Source: Lama guanicoe (Eukaryota). From it: 62,000 bases of DNA. The stretch's first letter is position 1. Every line of letters begins with the position of its first letter. The notes under the pieces were generated by a model. It searched no databases. It saw only the letters and a program-made list of their open reading frames with translations, and was not told the origin of the DNA. Of the stretch, positions 24,301 through 36,300 are shown piece by piece. Made by a program: the position numbers and the translations under genes. The stretch is taken from assembly GCA_013239625.1 (NCBI GenBank), contig MU054187.1:2799757-2861756 (forward strand), read 5' to 3'.

Positions 24301-27300
24301 GTACAGCATAGTGATTCGGTTATACATATATATATGTTATATAGATACTTTTTCATATTCTTTTTCATTGTACTTTATCTGTTTTATATATATTAATTTG
24401 TATCTGCTCATCCCAAACTCCTAATTTATCCCTCCCTGCTCTTTCCCCTTTGGTAGCCATAGTTTGTTTTCTATGTCTGTGAGTCTGCTTTTGGTTTGTA
24501 AATAGAATTTGTATCATTTTTTAAGATTCCACATATAAGTGATATCATATGATATTTGTCTTTCTCTGTCTGACTTCCTTCACTTAAAATGATAATCTCT
24601 AGGTCCATCCATGTTGCTGCAAATGGCATTATTTCATTCTTTTTTATGGCTGAGTAGTATTCCATTGTATAAATATACCACAGCTTCTTTGTCCAGTCAT
24701 CTGTTGAACAGTCATCTGGGACACTTAGGTTGCTTCCATGTCTTGGCTGTTGTAAATAGTGCTGCTGTGAACATTGGGGTGCATGTATTTTTTCAAATTA
24801 AGGGTTTTCTCTGGATATATGTCCAGGAGTGGGGTTACCACCTGTGTTTTCTTATAGAAATTTTATGGTTTCAGGTCTAATACTCAAGTTTTTAATTGAT
24901 CTTGAGTTGATTTTTGTGTATAGTGTAAGATAGTGGTATAGTTTCATTCTTTTGCATGTGGCTGTCCAGATTTCCCAAAAATATTAATTCTTCCAATCCG
25001 TCAGCGTGAAATGTCTTTCTATTTTTTTTTGTGTGTCTCTCAGTTGTCAGTATACAGGTCTTTCACCTCCTTGGTTAAATTAATTCCTAGGTATTTTATT
25101 TTATTAAAAAAACTTGCCTTTATTTCTTTAATTGAAATATAATTGACACACAATATTATGTTAGTTTCAGGTATAGTATATAATAACTTGACATTTGCAA
25201 ATGTTATGAAGTGATAAACATGATAAGTCTAGTAATCAGTCTGTCACCAAATAAAGTTATCAGAGTGTTATTGGCTGTATTCCTATGCTATTAGTTACGT
25301 CCCTGTGATTTAGTTACTGTAACTGGAAGCTTGTGCCTCTCAGTTCCCCTCACTTGTTTTGCCTGCCCCTCTCCCCCCTCCCTCCTGGCAAGCACCCTTT
25401 GTTCTCTGTGTTTATGAGTCTGTTTTTATTTGGTTTTGTTTTTTAGATTTCATATATAAGTGAGATCGTGCAGTATTTGTATTTGGGGATCTAAATAGCA
25501 GTCTTTTCCTAAAGAATATTTCTTGAGCACCTGCTATGTTCGAGGCACTGTTCTAAGTGCTGGTATATAGCTGCATACAGAGTACACAAAAATCTGTGCC
25601 CTCGGGAAGCTTACGCTTCGAGATAAAACGGCATGTAGGAGTAAACTGAAAGCTGAAAACAATCAAATACATGATGACATAATCTTCATCATAACTACAC
25701 AAACTGGTCACCAATGCCCAAATAATATGTATTTAATTTTATAATGCAGCAATTTATTTCACCCCAAGTCTCTGAGATTTATAGAATGGAAGTGGGTTTT
25801 TACACTAGGATAATTTATCCTCCTGGAGGCAGCTCCGTTGAGGTTTTTGTGGGGGCGGGGTGGTGTCTCGGGGCTCACTGAGCACACTGGTTAGCATAGG
25901 GAGGCATCAGAGATTTTCCACGAGAGCCCTACCAACTTGCCAAGCAACATGTGAGTTATCGGCGGCACTGGCACTCTGCCTTTTGACTAATTAAAAACAT
26001 TGAACTGAGAGGTATCATAAAATGTCCTATTAGGGGGTTTCAATGTATAACTGAATTAAAAAAAAGCTTTAAAAGCATGAATTACTTGCTAATACTGAAA
26101 ACATTTTATAGGTCTCTTTGATGTTATTTTCAACAAAGGAGATATATGCGTTTTCCAAAGTCATGAAATGAGGCATCTTTCTCTGGCTCTTGGAAATGGC
26201 TCTGTCACTGGAATGGTATGTAGTAATTCTTCTTTTTGCCATGTGTCAGCTGTATCCATACATAAAGTATTTTTGCATGAGGCACTTTTATAAGGTGATC
26301 AAACTGTATTTGCATTTGAGATTCATCTTGTTACCGGACACGGGGTCTCAGAGTGTCTGGTGACACCACCCTTGGCTTCAGTCCACGCTGGTCACTGCTG
26401 AGGTACCCGTCACACACCGGGTGGCTTCCGACAGGTGGACAGCTCTGTGGCTCACCTGAAGGACGGACACAGGGAGCCTTCCCTGCAGTTGGTAGCCTTA
26501 GTGTCATGGATCAGGTCTTCCAAGGGCACCAATAAGTCCTTACTTTCGGGCCCAAATGCCTCCCTGGGACACTGAGGGGCAACAGGCAAGACTTCAAAGA
26601 GTATCTCAGACCAGAGGTGTCTCCCTGTAGCATGACCATCTTGATTTGTTTAGCTTTTTGCAGGCAAAATCTAGGAATGCACATCTGTTAATTTCATCTT
26701 TTAGTCCCAAATAGTCTTGAGTTAGGAAGACACAAATGAAGAAATGAAAAATAAGTAACGATAAGATACATCAACACTTCATGAAATTACCCACCCTGCT
26801 GCTGGAGTTACTTCCGTTCTTACTGACACCCTACACGGCTTCTGAGAAATCTAGAGAAGGGCCTCGGAGCAAGACGCTGGAGATGAGGCTGGGAACACGA
26901 GCACTGACTGGCAAACGCACGGCAGCGCCGGCTCTGCGGGGCGCGGGGACCGCCGCACACGTTCTGCGCCCACGCATTCTGAACTTCGTGCCTTCCTGGT
27001 GCCAGTTCAGGGGCTCTGTTTTGCTTTGTCTCCCCTTGTTCTTTTAGGCCAGTGGTGGAGCCTCCACTGAGATGCGGGTGCTTTATCAGCCCAACCGCTG
27101 TGCCCTTCTTGAGTCAGTGCTGGTTCCTGGTCACACGATTACCTTTGATCGTCGCGGCAAAATAGCGGATGAGTCATCAGCAGGCTATGCAGACCTCTCA
27201 GGAGAGTTTGTGGTTCTTGTCAAGGTAACGTGGAGGAAAGTCGTTGCGTTGCCACACGTGTAGTTCCTTCTGCTCTTGAATTGAGTCGTGGTAGAGTCAT

Positions 27301-30300
27301 CGGATCCCTTCCCACCAGGTGGCGCGGATCCCTGTTGTCCTTCTGTTCGCCCAGACTTTGAAAGGCAGTAGGGACCACAGCCTTGCAGCAGGGAAACTGG
27401 CGGGGGTAACACCCTGTGTGCAGTTGACTTTGGAGGGTAGAGCTATGGCTGTGGGGATTTTATTTTATTTTATTTATTACTATTTTTTGTTGTTGAGGTA
27501 CAGTCAATTACAATGTGCTGTGCGGATTTTAAATAAAAAGTTAGAGACTTAGGTTTGAGAGTCAAATAAATATATATACATATTTAATTGTCTCTAACAG
27601 TATTTATACCCTTTGGAGTGTCATACACGTGTGATCATTTCATAATGGTTATGCTTCTTTCTTTACAGAGCGTTTGTGAATTTATTTTTTAAACAATATT
27701 ATGATATTAATATAATAGCTGTCATGTATGAGATTGCCTGTTTTGTGCCAGGCACTTTACTGAGACCTTCACCACGTACAAGACTAAACTTAAGCGTCAT
27801 AAGAATATTCACAGATATTGTTATCTGTGTTTTCAACGTGAAGACAGTATTTTCAGAGAAGTTAAGACTCTGGACGGTAAAGCCTGGCTAGTAAGTGATG
27901 GATCATGAATCAAATCAAAGCCAATTTGTCTTCAAAACTTTTTGTGCATACTGTGTAACAGGCCCTTTATCACACTTACTTCTCCCCAAACAACATAGGT
28001 TTTAATCGTCACGTAATAGTCGAACATTAGGAATATATATATATTTGTGTATCATTGGGTATTTACTCTTAATGTCTTTATTTTACCACCTCTGCATGTG
28101 TTACTACAAAATATACTTTGATTTATGCCTTTGACAACATATTTTATTATTTTCTTAGCTTGGATAACTCAACATTGAATTTAAGGGTTAGAATATGAAA
28201 TGTTTAAGACTCTGGGAACATACTGACAAATTTCTTTCCAGCAATGTACCAACATTTAATCCTGGGAAAGTCAAGCCAAATGTGAGGGAACAGCTGACAT
28301 GACCACCTTCACTTCTGACACTAACTTCAGGTTTCAAAGGTCCTCCTTGAGACCACCATCAAGTTTTGGTAATTGACTAGAATGACTCAGAACTCAGTCA
28401 GTGCTGTTACATTCGTGGTTATGGCTTATTACAGAGGAAGGATGCAGATTAAAGGTAGCTAAGGGAGGAGATGCAGAGGGCAGAGTCTAGGAAAAGTACC
28501 AAACGTGGACACTGTAGTTGTCCTCTTCTATGGGGTCAGGACAGTGTTGCATTCTCAGCGTTGATATGTGACAGTGTGCATGGAGTATTGCCAACAGGGA
28601 GCCTTGGTGCCCAAGCTCTCCTGGGGTTCCATCCTGTGCGGAGTCCAAGTGGCCAGCTGAGTCTCCAGCCACTCCGGAGGTCAGCTGACACCTTGTTATG
28701 CAAAGTTTTACTCTCTGGCTGGCCCAAGGCCCTCAGGCAAACAGAAGTACTTCTATTAGGCAAGGCGTTCTGAGGGTTTAGAGATGACCCCTCAGAAGCC
28801 CAGGGCAAAGGCCAGACCTCTCTGGGTAAAACTGCAGTCTTTACTCCCCAGCTCCCTTCGACAGGGGAGGAAAGTCTCGGTCTCATTAACCTTGGTGTTG
28901 AGTATGGTCATTAGAAGAAACTGACAGTTTTCTAGAGGAATAGACATCTATTTTGGGTTTATTATTTTTTTGTTACTAGTAGAGATTGCTTTTCCTTACG
29001 TTCATTCATCATTTATATTTTGTGACTTGTGTATTTGTGTCTTTTATTCATTTCTCTTCAGGGTTAGTACGTTTCTAATTAACTTTCAAGAACTCTTTAT
29101 ATCTTCCTCTTAAGCTATTGATGACGTGGGATTTAGTTAAACGTGCCTTAGTGATATTTGATGCCTCTTTTCAATCCTCCATTTATTCATTCGTTCACTT
29201 ATTCCTATATGCACACTAATACTCATAGGTTACATCTCAAAATTCAGGCACTCTTATAGCATGCTGTTTTTATTCTCCTTTGTATTAGCATTAAAGCTGT
29301 TTGTTTAGAGTGATAGTAAATTTCCTAAGAAGAATGTTTGTGGTTTTTCATCTTTTTGAATCTCCGTGTAGGATCTGGTGCTGATTCGTACACTCTCAGT
29401 GAACAGTGACGAATGTAAATTGTAATGAGTCAACCAGACAAGCTTCTTTAGTTTTGTTTAGCTTTGCACAGCAGTTAAATTATTTATTTCCTTTTTTTGC
29501 TCATTCTTTCCCACCAAGCTCCTGGTACGATCCTGGTCCCTGCAACTTCTGCAGGAGAAGGAGCTTTATTACCACCCCTCTCTAGCAAAACAGGAGCTGG
29601 TCGTTCACTGCCTCTCCGCTGTGTTTGTTGCCCCGAAGGGTGTGTTCCTGCCCGGCGCTGTGGTTCTGCTCGCTACTAGCCCGTGCCAGGCCCTGTGTCT
29701 CCAGCCGGATGGGAGCTGCACTGGCTTGGGAAAACTGTCTGAACAATCCTATTGGAAAGTGCATAAAATCAGCTCTGGGATTTGCATGTTGGAAAGTGTG
29801 AAAAATGCACAAATGTTTCTGAGGATTGAGGATGGCCAGTGTGATGGAACGGTAAGCATCTGCTCGTGTTTTTCTCAGCAAATGTTTGAGACACTTGCCA
29901 GTAACAGATATGAGAATGGTACTTGCTGAGTGCTTTGTTTTTCGGTTTTAACCTATGAACATTCTGGAAACTGGATGTTATGTAAGGGGCCCCCTTTGAC
30001 CGGTGTTTTTAGTAAGTGGGGAGGGCAGCTGAATGCTTGGTATGAGGTTAGAGAGGGCTGTTCCCCCTTCAGACGCTGCTTCTGAAATGTAACGTGGGTA
30101 CAGGTCAGCTGGGATTGCGCTGGAAAGCAGATTCCCGTTCAGGTGGGCTGTGGGGGGACCTGCGTGTCTGTTTCTAATAAGCACCCAGCTGTTAATGATG
30201 AGCTGGTCCACGAGCTGCAGTTTGAAAACCAAGGCTCTGGAAAGTCCCAGCTCAGCAATATTTCCTTCACTGCTTCCTTTGGTGCCTGAATTTCCACCAG

Positions 30301-33300
30301 TGGAAACCCTGTTCCTTGAGCAAGGAAGCAGTTTTAAGTTCTAAATATTAGGAGTTCTTCTTTAACATCTTGAGACGTAGGAGGGGCGTGGAGGGCAATA
30401 GAGTAACAGCTTTTACACATTCATCTATAGCCCGTCGTCCTCCTGCGGGCTGAGGGGCGCCCGTGACAGCCCAGCTAGCTCGCCTGCTAGTGCCCTGTTC
30501 ATCTGCTCTTGTTTGAAGGGGCCTGGTTTACGCTGTGTCGTTGGGGTGAACTTGGAGATGCTTTTTTTTTTTTAATAAATATCAGTAAAAATCTTCAGCT
30601 TAGGGTAAAATTTTAGAGATCTTCCTGGCTTAGGGCATACCTAAAGGTCAGTGACTTTTGTCCATCTGCCTCCTAAAATCAGGGGCTCAAACATTCTGTA
30701 GAAGTCTCTAGCTTTTTGATATTTCTGTTAAAAATTCAAAGCATTAAAATGCTTTAAATAGCATTAAAAAAGTTCAAAGCCTGTTAAAAAAAATACTGCA
30801 TTGGAAAGTTGTTGCCAAAAGATTTGCAACTTTGAAGAGCCTTTCCAGGAAGCCAGCACCTCCTGAGTACTCTGTAAATCACAGGAAAATGTGCCACTAC
30901 TCTGGCCAAAGATGAATTTCCTGATTTTGTAACAGGATCAGCAAGGAAAGGCAGGAGGGGAGGTGGGCTAATGTGTGTGGTGTCTCTTGTGTGGGAAAGG
31001 CTGTCCCAGCTCTCTTCCACTTGTAATGACACCCTCAACCCCTAAGTTCACACAAGAAAACAGGTGATCAGGCAGGCACACAGTAGTAGTGCATCTTTGC
31101 TTAAGACTGACCCCCGTAAATGACCTAATGATGCTTTTGGTGTAGTTATGAAGAGGTTGGCCAGGGTCAAAGAGCTTCTGTTCTACATTGAATGCTCTGA
31201 TCCACCAGGCACAGTTCAGATGAGCCCTCCTGGTGTCTCGCTGGGATTGGCCCCTTGGTTGGGCCCCCCCCCACGCACTGTCATGGGACATCGAGGTCCG
31301 CGAGGGCCCCTCCCGTGGGTGCCGTGTGGACTCTTGCTGTGTGCCGGCAGACCTGCGATTAACGGAGGGCCGGAGGACTCTGGCCACCTCCCGATGGTTC
31401 TGCCATTTAAACGGCATTGATGTTTCACTTTTACTTTGGCGTTGTTAAAGAGAAGACCACAGGCTCAAAGTGGAGGCACTTATGCTAGACCGTGTCACCA
31501 AACCGGGGCTCAGTACCTAGCCTAACTGAGGTTCTACCTCCCTGGGAGGTGCAGCCTTCACTGGTCGGCCAGGGGCTTTCTGGTCAGCACCAGTGAGGTA
31601 TCTGTCCCACGGGCCCTCTCCGTCCCCAAGGAAGATGAGGGAACCCACGTAACAAGACCCTCTTGTCCCCAAGGAGAGATGGTGTACCCTGAGATCTCTG
31701 CTGTGCTTGCTCGTTTATGACGTCCTTGTCTTGCCTGTGGGCCCCCCCCCCCGCTTGCTGCGTGGGGCACTGCCTGAATCACGAGCCCTTCAGTAAAGCC
31801 AGTTGGGTCTTTAAGGTTTGCCCATTGATTTTTTGTTATTTAGCAGCACTCCGAGAACTCTCATCATTTGTGTTTACTTCTGCTCCTGCTGTTGTAGTCT
31901 TGTCTGTATTTGTAGCTTGTTTCGTGACTCACCGATGTGGCTGTCTGACTAAAACTCTCCATCTGAGTTTCGGTGCTGGGTCTTTTTAGTCAAAATGTAC
32001 ATGCATTTTTGCTCTTAAGATTCAGTATTGATGCGTAACAATCAGGCATTTATTTTTCACTTTCACTGTGTCTGAACAGACATCTTCGGGCTGGAATGAC
32101 TCTACTTTTACACCTATTTGAAAAATAATAAAGGGGAACTGCAAGGCTACAACCTGCAGAAGAGGAGAGAACTGATTTTGTTGACTGTTATTAGAAACCT
32201 GTAAAGACGCACATAACTGGGTAGATAATGAGTTTTTTATTTCTTGGAGGTATTAGAGGGGCATTTAAGAAATTTCCTGAAGACAGTTTGAGATCTGTCC
32301 GTATTGCTCCTCTGATTAAAATCCTTCAGTGGCTCCTATGGATTGGCCGCAGTCGGCCTGCGATCAAGCCCAGACTCCTGTGTGGCAAACAGGCTGACCC
32401 TCCTTTCCGTCTCACCTCTGCTCCCTGCTGGGTCAGCAGCCTCAGGAAGCTGTTCACCCACACACCATGCTGCCTGCTGCCTCCCGGCCTTCCTTCGTGC
32501 TGCCCCCCTGCCTGAGATCCCTGACCTCCCACTCCCACTTCCCTCTACTTAGCTTAATTGCTATTCTACACTTAACTCGGCCTCACCTCCTCCAGGAAGC
32601 CCTTCCTGATTCTCCTGAGCTTAGTGCCTTTTCTCTCCCCAGACCTAAGGAGTTCCTCTCTGTCCCGCTGGCCTTACATATTATATTTTTACTTGTATAT
32701 GTGGTTGTGTCCTTGACTTGGCCATGAACAAATCAAAGCCAGGGTTTTATTGTATCCATAACAAGAACAGAAGGTAGAAGTTGCTTAGTTCCTGTTTATA
32801 TTGTGAGAGACAGATAGACAACAGACTTGGTTCTCACCTACAAGAAACTTGCCCTGGAGGGCAGAGGTCAGGCTGCAGTCATCTTTTACAAAGAAAATAT
32901 AGATGCTATTGGGAATTTTAACTCATTCTCCCAGAACTCGCTTTCCAGAACTGGTTCATGTTTCAATGTACATGGACTTGGCAGAATCATCCTCTTCTTT
33001 CTGTCACTGTTTTAGAGGGTCACGCGGTCTCTGTTTCTGGATCTTAAGGAACAGGGTGAAGCACGGCGTGCAGGTGATGCAAAAAGCTTCTAGATTTGTC
33101 AGGAGGACTTGAAAATGAAACAAAGCCATCTTCTTGTGAAATGACTGGTTTTAAATTCTGTCCTTCAGTGTTTGCTCATATTTATGAAATAATATTGTAT
33201 TGATCGTAGGGCACAGGAGGTACTGACTGTCATTTTAAAATTAAGAAGAACCTGGAAAATGCATGTGTCAGCCTGGAATCTGTGAAGAGCCCGGGGCGCT

Positions 33301-36300
33301 TCGTTGGACTGCAGTCAGATGGTCAGGCAGCACCAGCTGTTTATACCAAGAATGGGGATGTTTTCTTCTACCCACGCGTCATCAAGTGTACGTTTACCCT
33401 GAAGTACTTCCTTCTGATTTGCTTGGTAGTGACTTGTGTGCAGGGTCGGATAATCTCACCAAAGGGTCACTGAGCAGGTCTCTGCCGTCAGGCTTGGTAC
33501 TGGTTGTCGCTCTAGAAGCAGTGAGAAAAATTCGTAATGAAGACACTGACCTCAGAGTCTCAGGTGTTTAACGTTAGGTCTAGAGTCTTTGCTACTGTAA
33601 GCTCCTCTATGGTGCATTTGTGTGTGTGTGTGTGTGTGTGCGCACACGTGTGCACTTGTATTTTGTCACTTAGGGGCATCTCCATGCACACTGAGAGGGC
33701 ATGGGGCTGTTAGAAACATTCTCAGTTTCATTGCTATTAATTTTTAATGTTCACAGTGTCAAAGGAGATAGAAAAAAACAGTCAACACAAATGGGGTTGA
33801 AATTAAAAATAGGATTTGGGGGAAAAAAAGTCCAAAGGATAGGACAGAATTGTGAGTATTTTGAAACTAGTTTCTCTCATGTTTAAGTTCTGGTTCTCTA
33901 GCAAATTGAAGTAAGGATCTGAGGACTTTATTTAAACAATTTAAGCTTAGAATATATTTGCTTGAACAATGGTTAACTAGGTAACTCTATTGTGTTCTTA
34001 AATTATCTCAAAATTTAGTTTGCTGTCTAATTTTTCTCTGACTCAGTCCCATGGATTTTGGCTTAATCACAATCTGGATGATTTTCTTAGTCAGTGGGAA
34101 TCTGATTTTAGTTCTCTTTTCTTAACAAGGTCTACCTGTGCTCTGTACGGAGATACGTATAAAATTCTGTAAGTTTTATATATATCTTATCAGATGGGTC
34201 CTATGTAAATATAATGTAGATCTTCAGGGTAATTATATCTGTATCTGTATTGTATCTGTGTGGTGTCCTATAAAAGATCATCTAAAATAAGAACATAATG
34301 AGCGTGATTTAACATGGCGGCGTGGCTGGCCCTGTCCTCTGCGCTGTCTGCATCAGCTCCTTTTCAGCCTTCAGTTGCCGTATTTAAAATTAAAATTGTT
34401 AGGCTGGTACACCTTAACTTGCTGCTGTCCCTCCCCCACTCCCTCCACCCTCCGTTTCCCACGGGCTGGCACAGAGTGGCACTCCTACTCAACAAAACGG
34501 GCATGCCATCTGTCCCTGGAGCTCTGAAGGGAAATAGGCAACGTGAGGGAGAGCAGAACGACCCAGGCTGGAGCAGAAGGAAGAGCAGTGAGTGTGAGGG
34601 GCCGGCAGGGCCGCCCCCACGCCGGAGGAGCACAGGAAGTGGAGGATGGATGAGAAAGGAGAGCGAGCAGTGATTTAGAAAGGGAGGTGGGTAGGAGGAA
34701 CGATAATTTGTGGTGACAAATGAGAGAGAGATAATAAAAGGCATGTTTGCCAGTTTAGGGGGTTAGTGCCAATGGAGCCATAGGAATGGAGCCTTCCTTT
34801 TTACAGGCTCTGTGGTTTAAGCCTTTCCCTAGAGCGTGGGTGCTTTGAGCTTTGTTCCCCGCACCCAGCGCTCTGGGCTTGGTGATGCCAGCCGACCCAG
34901 GAGAGCTTTGGCTTCTGTGTCTGGGGAACCGGACAGCAGCAGCGTCCTCCTCGTCTTCCCAGCAGAGCTGTGGGTCAGACGAGTGAATGTCTAGGAGAGT
35001 TCTCGATTCAGTGATAAGAGCTGACGCTTGTGGGCAGTTGTTTTCTGCCGGACACGCCAGAGCCTGGGTTCTACCATTTTATGTCACTTTGAAAAGTAGG
35101 TACACGATGTTTATTGTCTTGAAACTGCATTCTTATTATTTGATAATGTTTTCGAAAAAAATAGTTTAGCATCCCCAGTGACTGTGAATCAACTTTAAAA
35201 GCTTATGGCCAGTAGGGCTAGGCCTGATTCTTCTCAGCCTGTGTGATTAAATTGGTTGATAAACATCTATAATCTGTTTATATAGTTTACTTTTCACTTT
35301 ACTATTTTTATTATACAAACAATACATGTAATTGTGGAAAGTTTTGGAAATTTGCTCAGGTAGAAATCTACCCGGAGATAAAACCTGCTGACATTCTGAG
35401 GGGTAGCCTGTCATGGTTTTCTTCTGCGAAGGTGTGTGCTGTGTGTATTTGTCTACCCTTTTCTATAGATATTTTCAGAGTATATTTTTCGACATAAAAT
35501 TGAGCTGCAGTCTTGTATATGTAAAACAATTTCATCTGCTTTTTACTTTAAAAATGATTTTCTTCATACACACAGATTTATGCCGTATTTTCAGATGAGT
35601 TACACTGATGAGTTTATGACACATTATTTAACCAGCCCCTGATGTTGGATATTTTATTGTTCAGTTTTTTTGGCTTATTACAGAGACTGTTGGGAGGATC
35701 ATTCACATATGCACATACTTTTGTAGTAGTCTAAAGTTTCTTCTTAGCAGAAATGACCAAGAGTGGAATTGTTTGCTCAACTTAGATAGCGATAGACGTC
35801 TTAAAGCTGACTGTGCCACCGTAATTCCAGCGGTCTCAGCAAAGAGACGTGCGGTTTGGGCACTAGCGGTCGGTCCTGTGGGGAACTGCCCGAAGGTTCT
35901 CGTTGGTCTTGGCTGTGCTGAGAGCTTCTGCTGCCCTGACTTTGGACCATCGGGCATCGTGCTTGGATCTCACCAGCTATCCTGACGGCCAGGTGCACGT
36001 CCCTGTGACCACCAAGCTCTTCCTGTTTGGATCAGCCCATGAGGATCACCGTGGAGTTCTGTCTGTCCGTTAGAGTAACATTTATGGGAGTTCCAGTGAA
36101 TGCTAGACATCCATTGCAGGTGTCTCTTTTCACTTACAATCAACGGGAGGCTTTTCAAACAGACTATAAAGCTGTAGATCTTAGCTCTATAAAGATCGCT
36201 TCTCTTCAAAGGCTTATACCAAAGGATTCTAGACTTTGGAATTAAAAGAAAACAAACTTCTCAGCCTCATACCTTCTCAGTGATTATTTTCAGTCTGTAA

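Noticed and set aside
21158..27224. Stand-alone FGF gene or pseudogene nested in an intron
   Set aside because: Exon I begins with a strong acceptor rather than a start codon, and exon K ends in a donor without a stop; phases join the flanking exons.
29374..29438. Imperfect hairpin (TCTGGT...ACCAGA), possible miRNA precursor
   Set aside because: The stem is about 17 bp with bulges and G-U pairs around a large loop; this is expected by chance.
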